A stretch of DNA of 64,000 nucleotides from Octopus sinensis (lineage: Eukaryota), in contig NC_043002.1 in NCBI RefSeq assembly GCF_006345805.1, positions 20,336,001-20,400,000 of the forward strand, read 5' to 3'. Under the pieces are notes generated by a model that saw only the letters and a program-made list of their open reading frames with translations, did no database searches and was not told the origin of the DNA. Shown in pieces: positions 38,834 through 52,183 of the stretch. Positions within the stretch are counted from its first letter, which is position 1; the number at the start of each line of letters is the position of its first letter. The position numbers and the translations under genes were made by a program.

Positions 38834-41544
38834 CCCTATACTCTCTGCTAAACTTTTCTTATGTTCTTCATTTTGGAAATTCCACCACTGAAGTTATGGT
38901 AGTAAGACTGAAGGGAGAGTTACAACTATTATTACTTTTACACAGAGTCGTCTGATCTTGATACTCTGACCTAATAAGATATTTGTCAATTTTACAGCAC
39001 TGTCCACCTTTGCTAAAAGCAATGAACCACTTCACTATACAATGCCTACATAGTTTTGCTATGGAGAGTTTTTCAAAGGGAGATTTTGTTAAGAAGGCAG
39101 AGTCATGTTAAAGAAAATGTTAAGAAGTTGTAAATCATTGTAAGTTTGAAATATATATGAAAAGAATTGACAAAAACTGTACATGGAATTGTTTATATGA
39201 CATATTTTTTGAAGTATGTATGTAAATATAGTTTAATTTTGCATTTATTTGTTTGTGCCAGTATGTGTGTATGATAGTATATATATATATATATATGGCA
39301 ATATGAGTATGCTGGGGAACAATGCATCAATGTGTGGTGGCTGTGTGTGTGTGTGTGTGCCACTGTGTATGTGAGTGTGTGACAGCATGTGTGTGAAAGT
39401 GGGTGAGGGCAAAGTGTTTGTGTGTAACAGTGTGCACATGTGTGTGGTAGTATGTTTGTGTGTGTTTGGCAATGTGTGTGTGTTCGTGTGCGTAGCAGGA
39501 TGTGTGCATGTGAATAGTAGTGTGTGTGAGTGTGAGTGGGGAGGGGGGAGGCAGTGCACACATGCATGTAATAGTAGGAAGTTTGAACCAGTAACTCTGT
39601 AATCCCTAAACCAAACCTGATAATTAGGACAGTCAGTGAACCAACAATAACAACCATTATTTCAAACACCTCAATTTCAGAACAATGAGAAATAGTTTGG
39701 CGGTGGTGGTGGTGGTGGTGGTGGTGGTGGCGGCGGCGGCGGCGGCGGCGGTGGTGGTGTTCACAAAAATGGTGGCAGTAGACATAGTAGTGGTAGTGAC
39801 ATGCAACTTCGGCCACTAACAGGACCCCATTTAGATTAGCAGCTAAGGGTAGATGCCCTCTCCTGGTCACATTCTCCAGCCTACGGATGCATTTACATAT
39901 TAACATGTAATAATCACCATCATTAACACACTCATCTCACATTAGCACATTCCTAATCTTTCCTTGAAATACACCATTCTAAAATTCCTCATCTTCCTCC
40001 TGCATTTTTTTCGTTGCTTATTTTTCTTGTTTAGTTTTTTTTTTTTTTTCCTATTCCAGTTTACAAAATTTCAAAATTCAAACTGAATGCTAAATGCATT
40101 GATCTTACAAGTTTAGGACAATTTCAAATATCAGTGGTGCATTTTATCCTCCTGAAGGCTAACATAGGCTCAAAGCCAGATATTTTGAGGAAGATGACAG
40201 TTGATGAAATCTACCCCAACAATTGGCTGGAACATATTTTATCGACCACAAAAGGATGAAAGGTATAAGTCAACCCTAGCAAGATTTGAACTCATAACAC
40301 AAAGGAATGTCACTAAATACCATGCAACAGTTTGCCTGTTTCTCCTCTAATTCTTTTAATTCACCAGTGTCGCCTTACTGGCACTTGTGCCGGTGGCACA
40401 TGTAAAAACATTCGAGCAAGGTCATTGCCAGTACTACCTGATTGGCCCCCATGCCGGTGACACATAAAATCACCCACTACACTCTCGGAGTGGTTGGCAT
40501 TAGGAAGGGCATCCAGCTGTAGAAACTCTGCCAGATGGAGATTGGAGCCTGGTGCAGCCATCCGGTTCACCAGCCCTCAGTCAAATCATCCAACCCATGC
40601 TAGCATGGAAAGCGGATGTTAAACGATGATGATGATGATGATGACTACCCTCCTCTGCTAAAATTATTTGTTAAATGCCAGTTAAAAAGTATCTGTGTCA
40701 CCACCACATAAAAAAAGCACTCATGCTGGTGTCATGTAAAAGGCACCCAGTACATTCTCTGAAGTGGTTGACATTAGGAAGGGTATCCAGCTGGAGAAAC
40801 CATGTCAAAACAGACCACTGGAGCTTGGGGTAGCCCTCCAGCTTGTCGGCTCCCATCAAACCATCCAACCATGACAACATGGAAAACAGACATAAGATGA
40901 TGGTGATGATGATGATGACAAAGCCTAAAGTTCTGGAGTAAGGTTATAATTAATGAGTCTGACCCCAATACTGGTCTAGTACTTAGGTTATTGACTAAAG
41001 AAGGACGAAAAGCCAAAATAGAGAGATGGCAGGATTGCAACTCAGATTGGAAAAAGGCATGACTGAATATACTACCAGACATTTTGTCTGATATTCCCTT
41101 GATGCTAGCATCCATTACACCTTGACTATATAAGTCTGCCTAACTTTGGTGCAAGGCCAGCAATGTTGAGGCAAGTGGGGAAACTGATTGTATTGACCCC
41201 CCCAGTGCTGACCTGGTACTTACTTTATTGACCTCAAAAGGATGAGAGGCAAGGCCGACCTCAGCAGTATTTGAACTCAGAACATAAAGAGCTGCAATAC
41301 ATGACACTAAGTACTTTATCTACTGCAGATATGATTCTGTCAGTTTGCTACCTTCCGTGACTATATAATAAAAATTGTAGGTCTGGCTATGTGGTTAAGA
41401 AGTTTACTTCAGAACCATGTGGTCAAAGGTTTGGTCCCACTGCATGGACAATGTTGGCTGGTGTTCTCTATCATTGCCACAAGTTGAGTGAGGCTGGTAA
41501 ACAGAAACTGAAAGAAGCTCATCATATACAATAAGTATATAAGG

Positions 41545-41940
41545 CAGTGAGCTAGCAGAAATATTAGCATGCCGGGTGAAATGCTAAGCGGTATTTCGTC
41601 TGTCTTTACATTCTGAGTTCAAATTCCACCGAGGTCAACTTTTCCTTTCGTCATTTCGGGGTCGATAAATTAAGTACCAGTTACGCACTGGGGTCGATGT
41701 AATCGACTTAATACCTATGTCAGTCCTTGTTTGTACCCTCTATGTTTAGCCCCTTGTGGGTAATAAAGAAATAGGTATTTCGTCTGTCTTTATGAGTTCA
41801 AATTCCACCGAGGTCGACTTTGCCTTTCATCCTCTCAGGGTCAATAAATTATGTACCAGTTGCATGCTGGGGTCGATCTAATCAACTGCCCTCCCCCACC
41901 TCCCCAAAAATTTTGGGCCTTTTGCCTAGAGTAGAAAAGC
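41545..41940 (+). mobile_element. SINE family B, tandem (dimeric) form
   Basis: Head, body and tail, then junction aaagaaata|ggtatttcgtctg and a second body. Confidence 0.8.
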
Positions 41941-42427
41941 ATATAAAATATGTATGTGCTTGCGTGAGTTTGTATTCCCCCACACCTTCACATGCACTGG
42001 CTGTAAATAAAAGCCTCACAATTTATGCAGATGGGTTCATTTGTTAGCAGTCCACAGCAAAAACAAGCTTCTTAACACATCTTGACGTGTTTGTGTACAG
42101 ATTGCAAACAAAAGCCTCACCTTTTACATATACAGTATTTTTTTTTTGTTTGCAGTCATCCATAATAGCATATATGGGCTGTTCATTAATTGATAGACTG
42201 GGGAATTAATACTCTGCTTGGAAACAGGTGAGGGTTGGTGTCAGGAAGGACATCTGGCTGTAGAAAACTCTGCCTAAGCATAGTCTTACCACACCCATGC
42301 AAGCATGGGAGAGAGGACATTAAAATGATGATGATGATTGCAGTATTCTCACTTGAAGATATTCTAGTAAGGCATTCAAGCCATTACACTGCTATGCCAA
42401 TGATATAGATTAATTTCCCATCTTATA

Positions 42428-42590
42428 GGTGCAGGAGTAGCTGTGTGGTAAGTAGCTTGCTTACAAACCAGATGGTTCCGGGTTCAGTCCCACTGTGTGA
42501 CACCTTGGGCAAGTGTTTTCTACTATAGCCTCAGGCCGACCAATGCCTTGTGAGTGGATTTGGTAGACGGAAACTGAAAGAAGCCCGTCG

Positions 42591-42627
<37 letters not shown>

Positions 42628-42820
42628 TTGTGTTTGTCCTCCCTAACATCGCTTGACAACTTATGCTGGTGTGTTTATGTGTCCGTAACTTAGCGGTTCG
42701 GCAAAAGAGACCGATAGAATAAGTACTAAGCTTACAAAGAATAAGCCCTGGAGTCGATTTCCATGACTAAAGGCGGTGCTCCAGCATGGCTGCAGTCAAA
42801 TGACTCAAACAAATAAAAAG
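42428..42820 (+). mobile_element. tRNA-derived SINE family A, full length
   Basis: Complete head to tail. A similar young copy lies at 45037-45425. Confidence 0.85.
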
Positions 42821-44249
42821 TTTAAAAAAAAAAAACGTTATGTACAAATCTTTCACTTATTTTTTTGTTAATGTTTTTGTAATTAAAAATAAGATAAATG
42901 AATATGCATATGGTCTGGATGGAATTTAAAATACAGAACTCAAAAATAAACTCAAAGATAATTTTATTTTTATTTTCCTTTATTTTTATGATGATTTGCT
43001 ATCGGAAAATTCATTTGATAAGATAGAACACCTGAACATTGTCGGTACAAAATGAAACATCTATAAGATAGACCACCAGATGCTAGCATAAACTGTAAAT
43101 AAATGGCCTCAGATAATGGTGTATTAATAACAACATTAAAATATTTGCAAGATCATAGATGCATAAAGGAAGATGTGATATCTTTAATGAGTTTGGCATA
43201 AGCATTTTATATGAGAGAAGGGTTCTTAAGGGAGGTTTTTCACACGCTACTTAGTAAATTCACTAAGTTTTGTTATTATTTTTGATTTTAATTTTTTAAA
43301 GCTTTTTTTAGTTTTTAGTTTTCTTTTTAAATTAGGGAATGATCCAGTAATAGAACTCAAAGATATAGTATGGTTTAGAATAACGAAATTGATATAAACT
43401 CATGCAGAGTTGATTTGGGAGTTAATTGAAGAATCTCTTAACGAAATTCTAGATGAAAACATGAATACAACCAGGATTTGTAAAATATTTATATCAGAGT
43501 ACTACCAATACCTCTGAGCCAGTGCTTCAGCTGTATACATACAGACATCCTAGATTGCATAAAAAAGAGGGGGGGCACCTCACTAACTGGCAGGAGTTGT
43601 TCCCTAACAAACTCCGACATTTGGACCACAGATGTTGTCTCCTCCTTCGGCCTTTTCAACCACTACTACAATGCTCTCTGCTCCCCAGAGCTGGCTCATC
43701 TCACACTGCTTCCACTCAACTCTCTCACTCTCATTACTCATAATATATCTAGACCCCAGGAACTATCCTAACAACTATGCCCAGTCCTTACTCCCCAGAC
43801 ACTCCACCACTGGAATTCTCTTGTATTCTCTTTTGCAGAACCACTAAGTTACGGGGACATAAACACACTAGCATGAGTTGTCAAGCAATGGGGGGGAGGT
43901 ACAAACACAGACGCAAGCATGCACACACACACACACATAATAGAATAATAAAAAAAAAGTTCTTGGTACAGTATATTTGAAAAAATGAGTAGAGATGGCT
44001 TTTGATATGGATAATTTTTATTTTAATAATAACGTTTACAGTGACCTACGTTTCTGAATGTTTTTCTTCCTCAGTGTAAGACACCACAAGCAAAATATAT
44101 ACATTGGACCTCTTTCAGTTTCCATCTACCAAATCCACTCACAAGGCTTTGGTTGGCCTGAGGCTATAGTAGGAGACACTTGCATTATTTTACAACTTCA
44201 TGTTTTCTAAAAAGGCTTGAGACTTCAGTGAAATACTTGGTAAATATAT

Positions 44250-44665
44250 ATTTCTTTATTGCCCACAAGGGGCTAAACACAGAGGGGACAAACAAGGACA
44301 GACAAAGGGATTAAGTTGATTACATCGACCCCAGTGCGTAACTGGTACCTATTTAATTGGCCCTGAAAAGATGAAAGGCAAAGTCGACCTCGGCGGAATT
44401 TGAACTCAGAACGTAGTGGCAGATGAAATACCTATTTCTTTACTACCCACAAGGGGCTAAACATAGAGGGGACAAACAAGGACAGACAAAGGGATTAAGT
44501 CAATTACATCGACTCCAGTGCGTAACTGGTACTTATTTAATTGGCCCCGAAAGGATGAAAGGCAAAGTTGACCTCGGTGGAATTTGAACTCACAACGTAA
44601 AAACAGACGAAATAGGGTTATGCATTTCGCCTGGCGTGCTAACGTTTCTGCCAGCTCGCCGCCTG
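44250..44665 (-). mobile_element. SINE family B, tandem form (~184-bp unit)
   Basis: Two bodies joined at gaaatacc|tatttctttactacccac. The same form occurs at ~63500-63900. Confidence 0.85.
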
Positions 44666-44860
44666 CATACTTGGTAAATATAACCTTCACATCAACCAGT
44701 TAATAACCCATTACTTTTGAATCAAATAAATGTGTGTCAGAAACTTCAAACATATATTATTTCAATTAGGTATTGTGATATACTACTAACAAGCTGGTGT
44801 TGGAACTCAATATGTGTGCTTTTGAACAATGTACCAGTCAGGTAGAGAACAGTATTGAGG

Positions 44861-44935
44861 AATTAAAATGACAAGGGAATAAGAAATTGTGTCAAGAACT
44901 TCATGACAATTTTTTATTCCCTTGTCATTTTAATT
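44861..44935. repeat. 75-nt hairpin (fold-back)
   Basis: aattaaaatgacaagggaataa / ttattcccttgtcattttaatt (22 bp perfect) plus inner aaattgt(g)tca / tgacaattt. Confidence 0.85.
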
Positions 44936-45779
44936 TTGGTCTATAGTGACGTTGTATAGACTATTTCTTCATCTTGGCACATTTCACTCAGTATTCTCTC
45001 CAGTCGTCTTCAGGTGATTTTCTTAAGTTAGACAAAGGCACAGGAGCGGCTCTGTGGTAAGTAGTTTGTTTACCAACCACATGGTTCCGGGTTCAGTCCC
45101 ACTGCGTAGCACCTTGGGCAAGTGTCTTCTACTATAGCCTTGGGCTGACCAAAGCCTTGTGAGTGGATTTGGTAGACAGAAACCCGTCGTATATATGTAT
45201 ATATGTGTATGTGCGTGTGTTTGTGTGTCTGTGTTTGTCCACCTAGCATTGCTTGACAACCGATGCTGGTGTTTATGTCCCTGTCACTTAGCGGTTCGGC
45301 AAAAGAGACCGATAGGATAAGTACTGGGCTTACAAAGAATAAGTCCCGGGGCCGAGTTGCTCGATTAAAGGCGGTGCTCCAGCATGGCCGCAGTCAAAAT
45401 GACTGAAACAAGTAAAAAGAGAAAAAAAGAGAAAAAGAGAAAGTGTAGGAGAAATAAACAGAAGGGTGGAAGCGACAGAGAGGGATGATGGGTAGGAGTG
45501 GGAGAGACAGACACAAGCGTGGAATGGGAAAGGGTGAGCTGTAGAAAAGGGTGTGGGGAAGCAAACGGGGGGGGAGAGAAAAAGGGTGACAGAAACAAAC
45601 AGGCATCAACGTAGGATAGGAGAAAGACAGAGACAGGAGACAGGCAGAGGAGGGAGACAAGGAATAACTGTTTTAAGCGAAAAGGAAATAGCTGTGGTCC
45701 AAGTCATTGCTTGGTGGTGAAGTGGTGACATAGACTGACAATAGGCAAAAAATCACTAGCGATGCAGCACACACAGCAT

Positions 45780-46160
45780 TGATGATTATGATGATGATGA
45801 TGATGTTAGAAGTGGTGGTGATGATGATGATGATAATGATGGTGGTTGTATGGTGGTGGTGGTGGTGACAATGATGATAACAGTGGAAGCAGTGTAGTGA
45901 TAATGATGGTGCGGAGTAGAGGTGGTGGGTGGTAATAGTAATAATGATGGTGGTGGGGGGGTGATAGTGATGGGGGCTGGTGGTGAGCGATGATAATGAT
46001 GGCGACGATGATGATGGTTGTGGTGATGATGGAGTAGTGGAAGTAGTGGTGGTGGTGGTGGTGGTGGTGGTGGGAAATAGAGATAGTGGCGTTGGTACCG
46101 ATGACGATGGTGGTGGTGGTGGTGACGGTGTTGATGGTTGTGATAATAGTGATGTGAGGT
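45780..46160. repeat. Compound (GAT)n/(GGT)n low-complexity tract
   Basis: Direct reading; source of His/Pro/Thr-rich ORFs. Confidence 0.9.
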
Positions 46161-46627
46161 GACTAATACGGAATGGTGCAACGGAATAAATACGAGTGTT
46201 TGTTGATATGAGTCTGCGTCAAAATATCGTGTGTATATGTGCGTGTATGCTATTATAGTAGTATCGCGTCACCGAACACTGTGTTTTGAGATTTGTTTGT
46301 ACTGCACCCCTGTCAAATACTTGCCGGTTAAACTCCCCCCCCCCAAACCCTCGTCTTCCTTTAACTGCTGTTGGGCCTCGAGTGATAAACAAGGCTAATT
46401 TTTATTATGGTTAGTTCTTTGTAATTATTAATATTATTATTATGAGTTCAAATACCACCGAGGTCGACTTTCCCTTGCATCCTTCGGGGTCGATAAAATA
46501 AGTAGCAGTCGAGCATTTGGGGGTCGATATAATCGATTAACCCCGCCCTTTAAAACTGCTGGCCTTGTGCCAAAATTTGAAATCTCCATCATCATCATCA
46601 TCATTATTATTATTATTATATTATTAT

Positions 46628-46665
<38 letters not shown>

Positions 46666-47812
46666 TTCATTTATTTATTGTTACTCGATGTAAATCGCCA
46701 CCATCGCCCCATGTTTGTATTTTGTTCGGCGGCCCACCACCCCCGACGCCTTGGGTCCTTATAACCAATAAAATAAATCATTATTTATTAACGCAGTAAA
46801 CAAACCAGAGTGTTACAAGTATTTAGTTACAACCACTTTATATTCCCAGTTCAAATCCCATCGAAGTCAACTCCACCTTTCATTCTTCCGGGGTTCAAGA
46901 AAATAAAAATCTAGTCAAATACTGGGAAGCTATTTAGAAACTGTCCCTTCTTCAAACTGTGACATTTTAACACAAAGCAAGAATTCTTAATTATAATCAT
47001 ATTTGTATCCCCTATGTCCCAAACTATTAGTCTAGGGGAGTTTTTAAAAGAACATGAAGCACGGCCATAATCCTTTTAGTGTGTGCCTATATGCGTAGAG
47101 TGAATCAATGGATTATCAATTTGTGTACCCCCACCCCTAAAACTGATAATCCATTCACAATATAAACACGAATAAACGTGTTTATATAAAATAAACTAGA
47201 CACGAAAACATGTAAAAGATGGTTATTACATATTCTGTAACAATGTCCTTACACACATGCACACGCGCACGCACACACACACACACACACACACACGCCC
47301 CCCCCCACACACACACCTCGATTTTCTGCCGTTATCTCATCAACGAACCCCCTATATCCTAAGATCTAATCACGTCACTTTGCTCCGTGTGGAGCGAGTC
47401 AGATAGGGACTTTAAGAGTCAAGATGACCCAGATTCCGGAGAAACCAGGTGTCAATATAACATACGGCACCTAGCGAATCAAGCAGGTGTTAAAAGAGAG
47501 TGTGTGTGTGTGTGTGTAAGTGTTTATTTTCAGTTATAACAAAAACAATTTTACATTTATCTGATGAGTTACTCTATACTTTTGAAGAGTACAGATTTAT
47601 TATTCTTAAACAAGACTATTGCTGACAGTGACTTCGAAGTTTCAGCCAGTTAAGTCATTGCCGGTTTATGTATATATATGCAGTGACCTTCTAACTGAGA
47701 CACAGTCGTTCTTTTATCTTTATTTGTCACTTTCCTCATCTATCCTTCCCGTAGACGAGCGTAGGCTCGAAACGTTAGACTTCAGATTTTCATGAGCGTC
47801 AACATAATAAGC

Positions 47813-47864
<52 letters not shown>

Positions 47865-48798
47865 TATATTACATACAAGCTTGAAATAATATAGGCCTAT
47901 TCATGACTACGTAAACAGCTGGATATTTGTATCTATACTAATAATCAGGCTCCACGCCCTAATTATATGCATGATTTTTAAAAACATAACAGTCACGAAT
48001 TTTCGAGGAAAGGCAATGAGCCGATGTAAAAATGTGTGCTTCTCTTCTTACTATAGGCACAAGGCCGCAGGTATGGAAAGAGGATATAGTAAATTAGACG
48101 TTACATTGACTGCAGTACTTGACTGGTATTATTTTATTTTATTTTATCGACCCCCCATATCAGTAATGAAATGAACTGGCTTCAACAAGAAAATAACCGT
48201 CTTATATTTCAACACAACCTGAAAGTTGTAAAGCTTTTCATACCTTACTCCTGGAACACGTAGCATTGTAAAACTCAATGGCTCCAAAGATCAAATACAC
48301 ATAAAGTTTTTATTGCTGGTTGTTGTTGTTGTTTGGGCGCAGGTCAACTCTGCTCAAGCTGACTTATGATCAAAAACATTCCAGTCGAAGTCAAGCCCAT
48401 TTTCCCTTTGTGGAGGAAACTTAAGATCACTTTATCCAGTATGTCCATTTGTAAGGCTACGAAGTGTGATTTGCAGGAGACGTGACTACTATTTGTAGCT
48501 TGTCGATGGACCACGTATAGTCCCCCTTGTTAACGCGTGTATTGCTGAAGATGTATAGAGAAATAGATGAATAAATGTGTATTGTTATTAAACTATGAAC
48601 TAAACTCCAGTATTTTACGTTATGCAGGGCTTTTGTGGACGTTATTTCGAATAATACATACACAAATAGCATATATGTGTGTGTTTGTGTTGACGTTAAG
48701 TACTTTTAAATCAAAAGCTGGGGGATGGCATACTACACACACACACACACACACACAAACGCATATATATATATATATATATACACATACATAGAAAC

Positions 48799-48835
<37 letters not shown>

Positions 48836-49804
48836 GCACGCATACAATATGCATTCATACATATATATATACGTACACACACACATACAATATGCATTCA
48901 TACATATATATACGTACATACACACACACAAGTTCATCAATTTGGATATGTTCCAATGCTATGGGGAGAGTGGAATCTGACGTTTCGGAATTGACCCTTC
49001 ATCTGCGAGAAAGAAAAGGCTTTTTAACTGAACTTTTCAGCTGATCTTCAGATGAAATACCTCCTGCCCGCCACCCTATAACACAGTTCAGACCCAAAAC
49101 AGCAGATTCTTCTCACCCACAACATACAAACTTAGCCATTGCCAACACAAGGCCACTACTAGGTTCCTCAGAGTTCCTTCTTTGGCACACACACACACAC
49201 ACATGTATACACACATACACATACACGCACCTATATATATTTATATATAAGTATATGCACGCACATAAACATACACATTTACAAATATGTCCACTTATAT
49301 ACATATACACATACGCATACACATATATACACACATATGCAGATATATTTATGCACGCATATTACATCCATTGCTGTACATATACTCATAAATACGTCTG
49401 TATAATTGCGTGCTGGCATGGCGATATGTTGTTTTGCATTTGTTTGTTTTCTTTTATTTTTGTCTTGTTTTTGTTTTTATTGTGAGACGATCCGATGAAA
49501 CCATAGAACTGTCATAATTACTAACATGTATACAAAACACAATGATTGGTAAAATACACACGTACGTAAAGGCGTCTCCGTCGGTTTAGAAGATGAGGCC
49601 TCCATTTGTTCGATGAAATTACTCAATCATTGAATTATAGTGCAAGTGGCCGAGTATTCCACAGGCATGTGTACTACTACTCTTAACGTAGTCTTTGGGA
49701 AGAATTACTGTGATAGTGGGGCGACAAAGTTGGCCCTTTGACTTACAGATATTGTCCATCTAACGGACTTTGCAATGCCTGTCTACGCACTTTCATTCCG
49801 AAGA

Positions 49805-49989
49805 GTTAAGACGACCCGAAGCTATAACAAAAAACAAAAACCCAAGATACCATGCACTGGGGATCGAACCAGAGATTGCGCGATCGCGAAGCGAATTTCT
49901 TAATGACTTGGCCATGCTTTACACTTTCACACGTAAGAGATTAATTAAATACCTTATGTATACATACAGGACACATGTATATACGTGAC

Positions 49990-50031
<42 letters not shown>

Positions 50032-50128
50032 GACAGAAGTACACACAATACATAAAGGCTAATAAATATATATATATATATATATATAAGGCATTAAAAG
50101 ATAAATACATACTAAGTGGTATATATAC

Positions 50129-50179
<51 letters not shown>

Positions 50180-50221
50180 TATATATATAATAAGCTTTTA
50201 TGTATTGTTTGTACTTCTGTC

Positions 50222-50259
<38 letters not shown>

Positions 50260-50470
50260 GTCACGTATATACATGTGTCCTGTATGTATACATAAGGTAT
50301 TTAATGAATCGCTTACGTGTGAAAGTGTAAAGCATGACCAAGTCATTAAGAAATTCGCTTCGGATCGCGCGATCTCTGGTTCGATCCATCCCCCAGTGCA
50401 TGGTATCTTGGGGTTTTTTTGTTTTTGTTTTTTTTTTTTTGTTATAGCTTCGGGTCGACTTAACTTTCTC

Positions 50471-50530
<60 letters not shown>

Positions 50531-50568
50531 TATATAATAAGCTTTTATGTATTGTTTGTACTTCTGTC

Positions 50569-50608
<40 letters not shown>

Positions 50609-51023
50609 TGTCACGTATATACATGTGTCCTGTATGTATACATAAGGTATTTAATGAATCGCTTACGTGTGAAAGTGTAAAGCATGACCAAGTCATTAAG
50701 AAATTCGCTTCGGATCGCGCGATCTCTGGTTCGATCCCCCAGTGCATGGTATCTTGGGGTTTTTTTTTTTTTTTTTTTTTTTTGTTATAGCTTCGGGTCG
50801 ACTTAACTTTCTCTCTATATATATATATATATTAGCTTTTATGTATTGTGTGTACTTCTGTCGTGTGTGTGTGTGTATATATATATATATATTATATATA
50901 TATATATATAATACACACACACACACACGACAGAAGTACACACAATACATAAAAGCTAATATATATATATATATATAAGGCATTAAAAGATAAATACATA
51001 CTAAGAGGTATATATACACACCC
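49805..51023. repeat. Local inverted and tandem amplification of a SINE-derived ~280-bp unit separated by (TA)n
   Basis: Order a-b-c (49805-50133), rc(ab) 50192-50468, rc(ab) 50538-50814, rc(b) 50832-50863, b-c 50927-51023. Confidence 0.85.
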
Positions 51024-51290
51024 TATATATAAAACTGGCATATATACATATATAATACACACACACGCACACAGACACTTAACTGGTTAGCAAAGCGACC
51101 CTTGTCACTTAACTATTGACTTACTCTACTGTAAAACTATCTAATATAAACCAGCAGCCCTGTATTTTCAGGGATGAAAGAGAATATTGTGACTCTCATG
51201 CCTTTCCCAAACACAAACAGCATATATACATATATAAATAACACTCACACGCGGCGTTCAGAATACAGTTACGTATGTATTGATACTTAC

Positions 51291-51348
51291 CTCGTTGCAG
51301 GGCTTGTATTATTAAAGCTATGTCGCAGCGTAAATCTTGATAATCCAT
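51291..51348 (-). CDS. Candidate first coding exon (MDYQDLRCDIALIIQALQR), unidentified gene
   Basis: ATG at 51348 in good Kozak context (aactATGG) with an upstream in-frame TAG, donor GAG|GTAAGT, inside a CpG-retaining zone downstream of GC boxes. Confidence 0.5.
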
Positions 51349-51545
51349 AGTTAAATCCTATAAGTTAATCCGATAGAGAGGAAATGGCTCGAGAGAGTCT
51401 GTTATGTATATAGCTATATCTGTTATGTTACACATACATCTATAGATTTATATACGCGTGTGTGGTTGTTTACGTGTGCGTGTGTAGATACGATGAGCTT
51501 GTAGGTTAGTCTGTGCGTTAGTGTATATCTGTATCCAAGGTTAAT

Positions 51546-51858
51546 TCCCCGCCCTAGTCACCAATTCAGCTTTGTCTAAGCAATGTAGTCCAACCTCATC
51601 TGCCTTGAATAGATAAAAAGAAAACAGAAATTACAATACATTATTCCAATGTTAGAGACAACACAGTACCAAGACCAACGATTTTTGTGTATAACTGTGC
51701 TTCTTTAGCTGGCTCGGAGCAGCAACTTCGAAAAGTGGACCTACTTGGTTAACTTTCTTAGCAAACCTTATTGTTTTACAGTTAACTTCCTATCTAAACA
51801 GGTCCTTTTAAGTTGTTCTTTTAAACTACACAGTAGATATTCCAATGGGAGGCGGGGA
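51546..51858. promoter_or_regulatory. Putative promoter: GC boxes and CCAAT
   Basis: ccccgccc at 51547-51554, ccaat at 51842-51846, gaggcgggga at 51849-51858, upstream of the candidate first exon. Confidence 0.35.
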
Positions 51859-51949
51859 TTCCTTGTACACACAGAACAACCCATTCACTTGCGACCTCCT
51901 TCCTTCTTGCTCACGTTTACACAAACATTCTCAGTCTTTCTCCGTCCGT

Positions 51950-52143
51950 TTATATTCTTCTCTTTGATTTCTCTCTTTTTCTCTCTCTTTCCCTCTCTCT
52001 CTCTCTATCTATCTATCTATTTGTTTTTCTCTTGCTTTGATCTTTCATCTCTCTGTCTCTTTGTTATTCTCCTTTCTTTACTTCTTTCTCTCTCTCTCTC
52101 TCCCATACACACACTCACACACACTTCCTATCACGCACACACA

Positions 52144-52183
<40 letters not shown>

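Noticed and set aside
39193-39906. 237-aa minus-strand ORF, second longest in the track
   Set aside because: Mostly (CAC/CGC)n and (CA)n. The two complex stretches (RLENVTRRGHLPL..., EVFEIMVVIVGSL...) lack a convincing donor/acceptor pair and any recognisable homology.
40059-40260. Long open frame after a strong polypyrimidine acceptor
   Set aside because: The second half is a decayed SINE B tail, and there is no suitable donor.
47364-47486. Plus-strand exon LITSLCSVWSESDRDFKSQDDPDSGETRCQYNIRHLANQA
   Set aside because: A 41-codon open frame is expected by chance; weak donor (GTGTTA); no homology recognised.
47560-47605. Hammerhead at ctgatgag-ttactct...agagtac
   Set aside because: GAAA is absent after stem II (agat) and there is no stem I.
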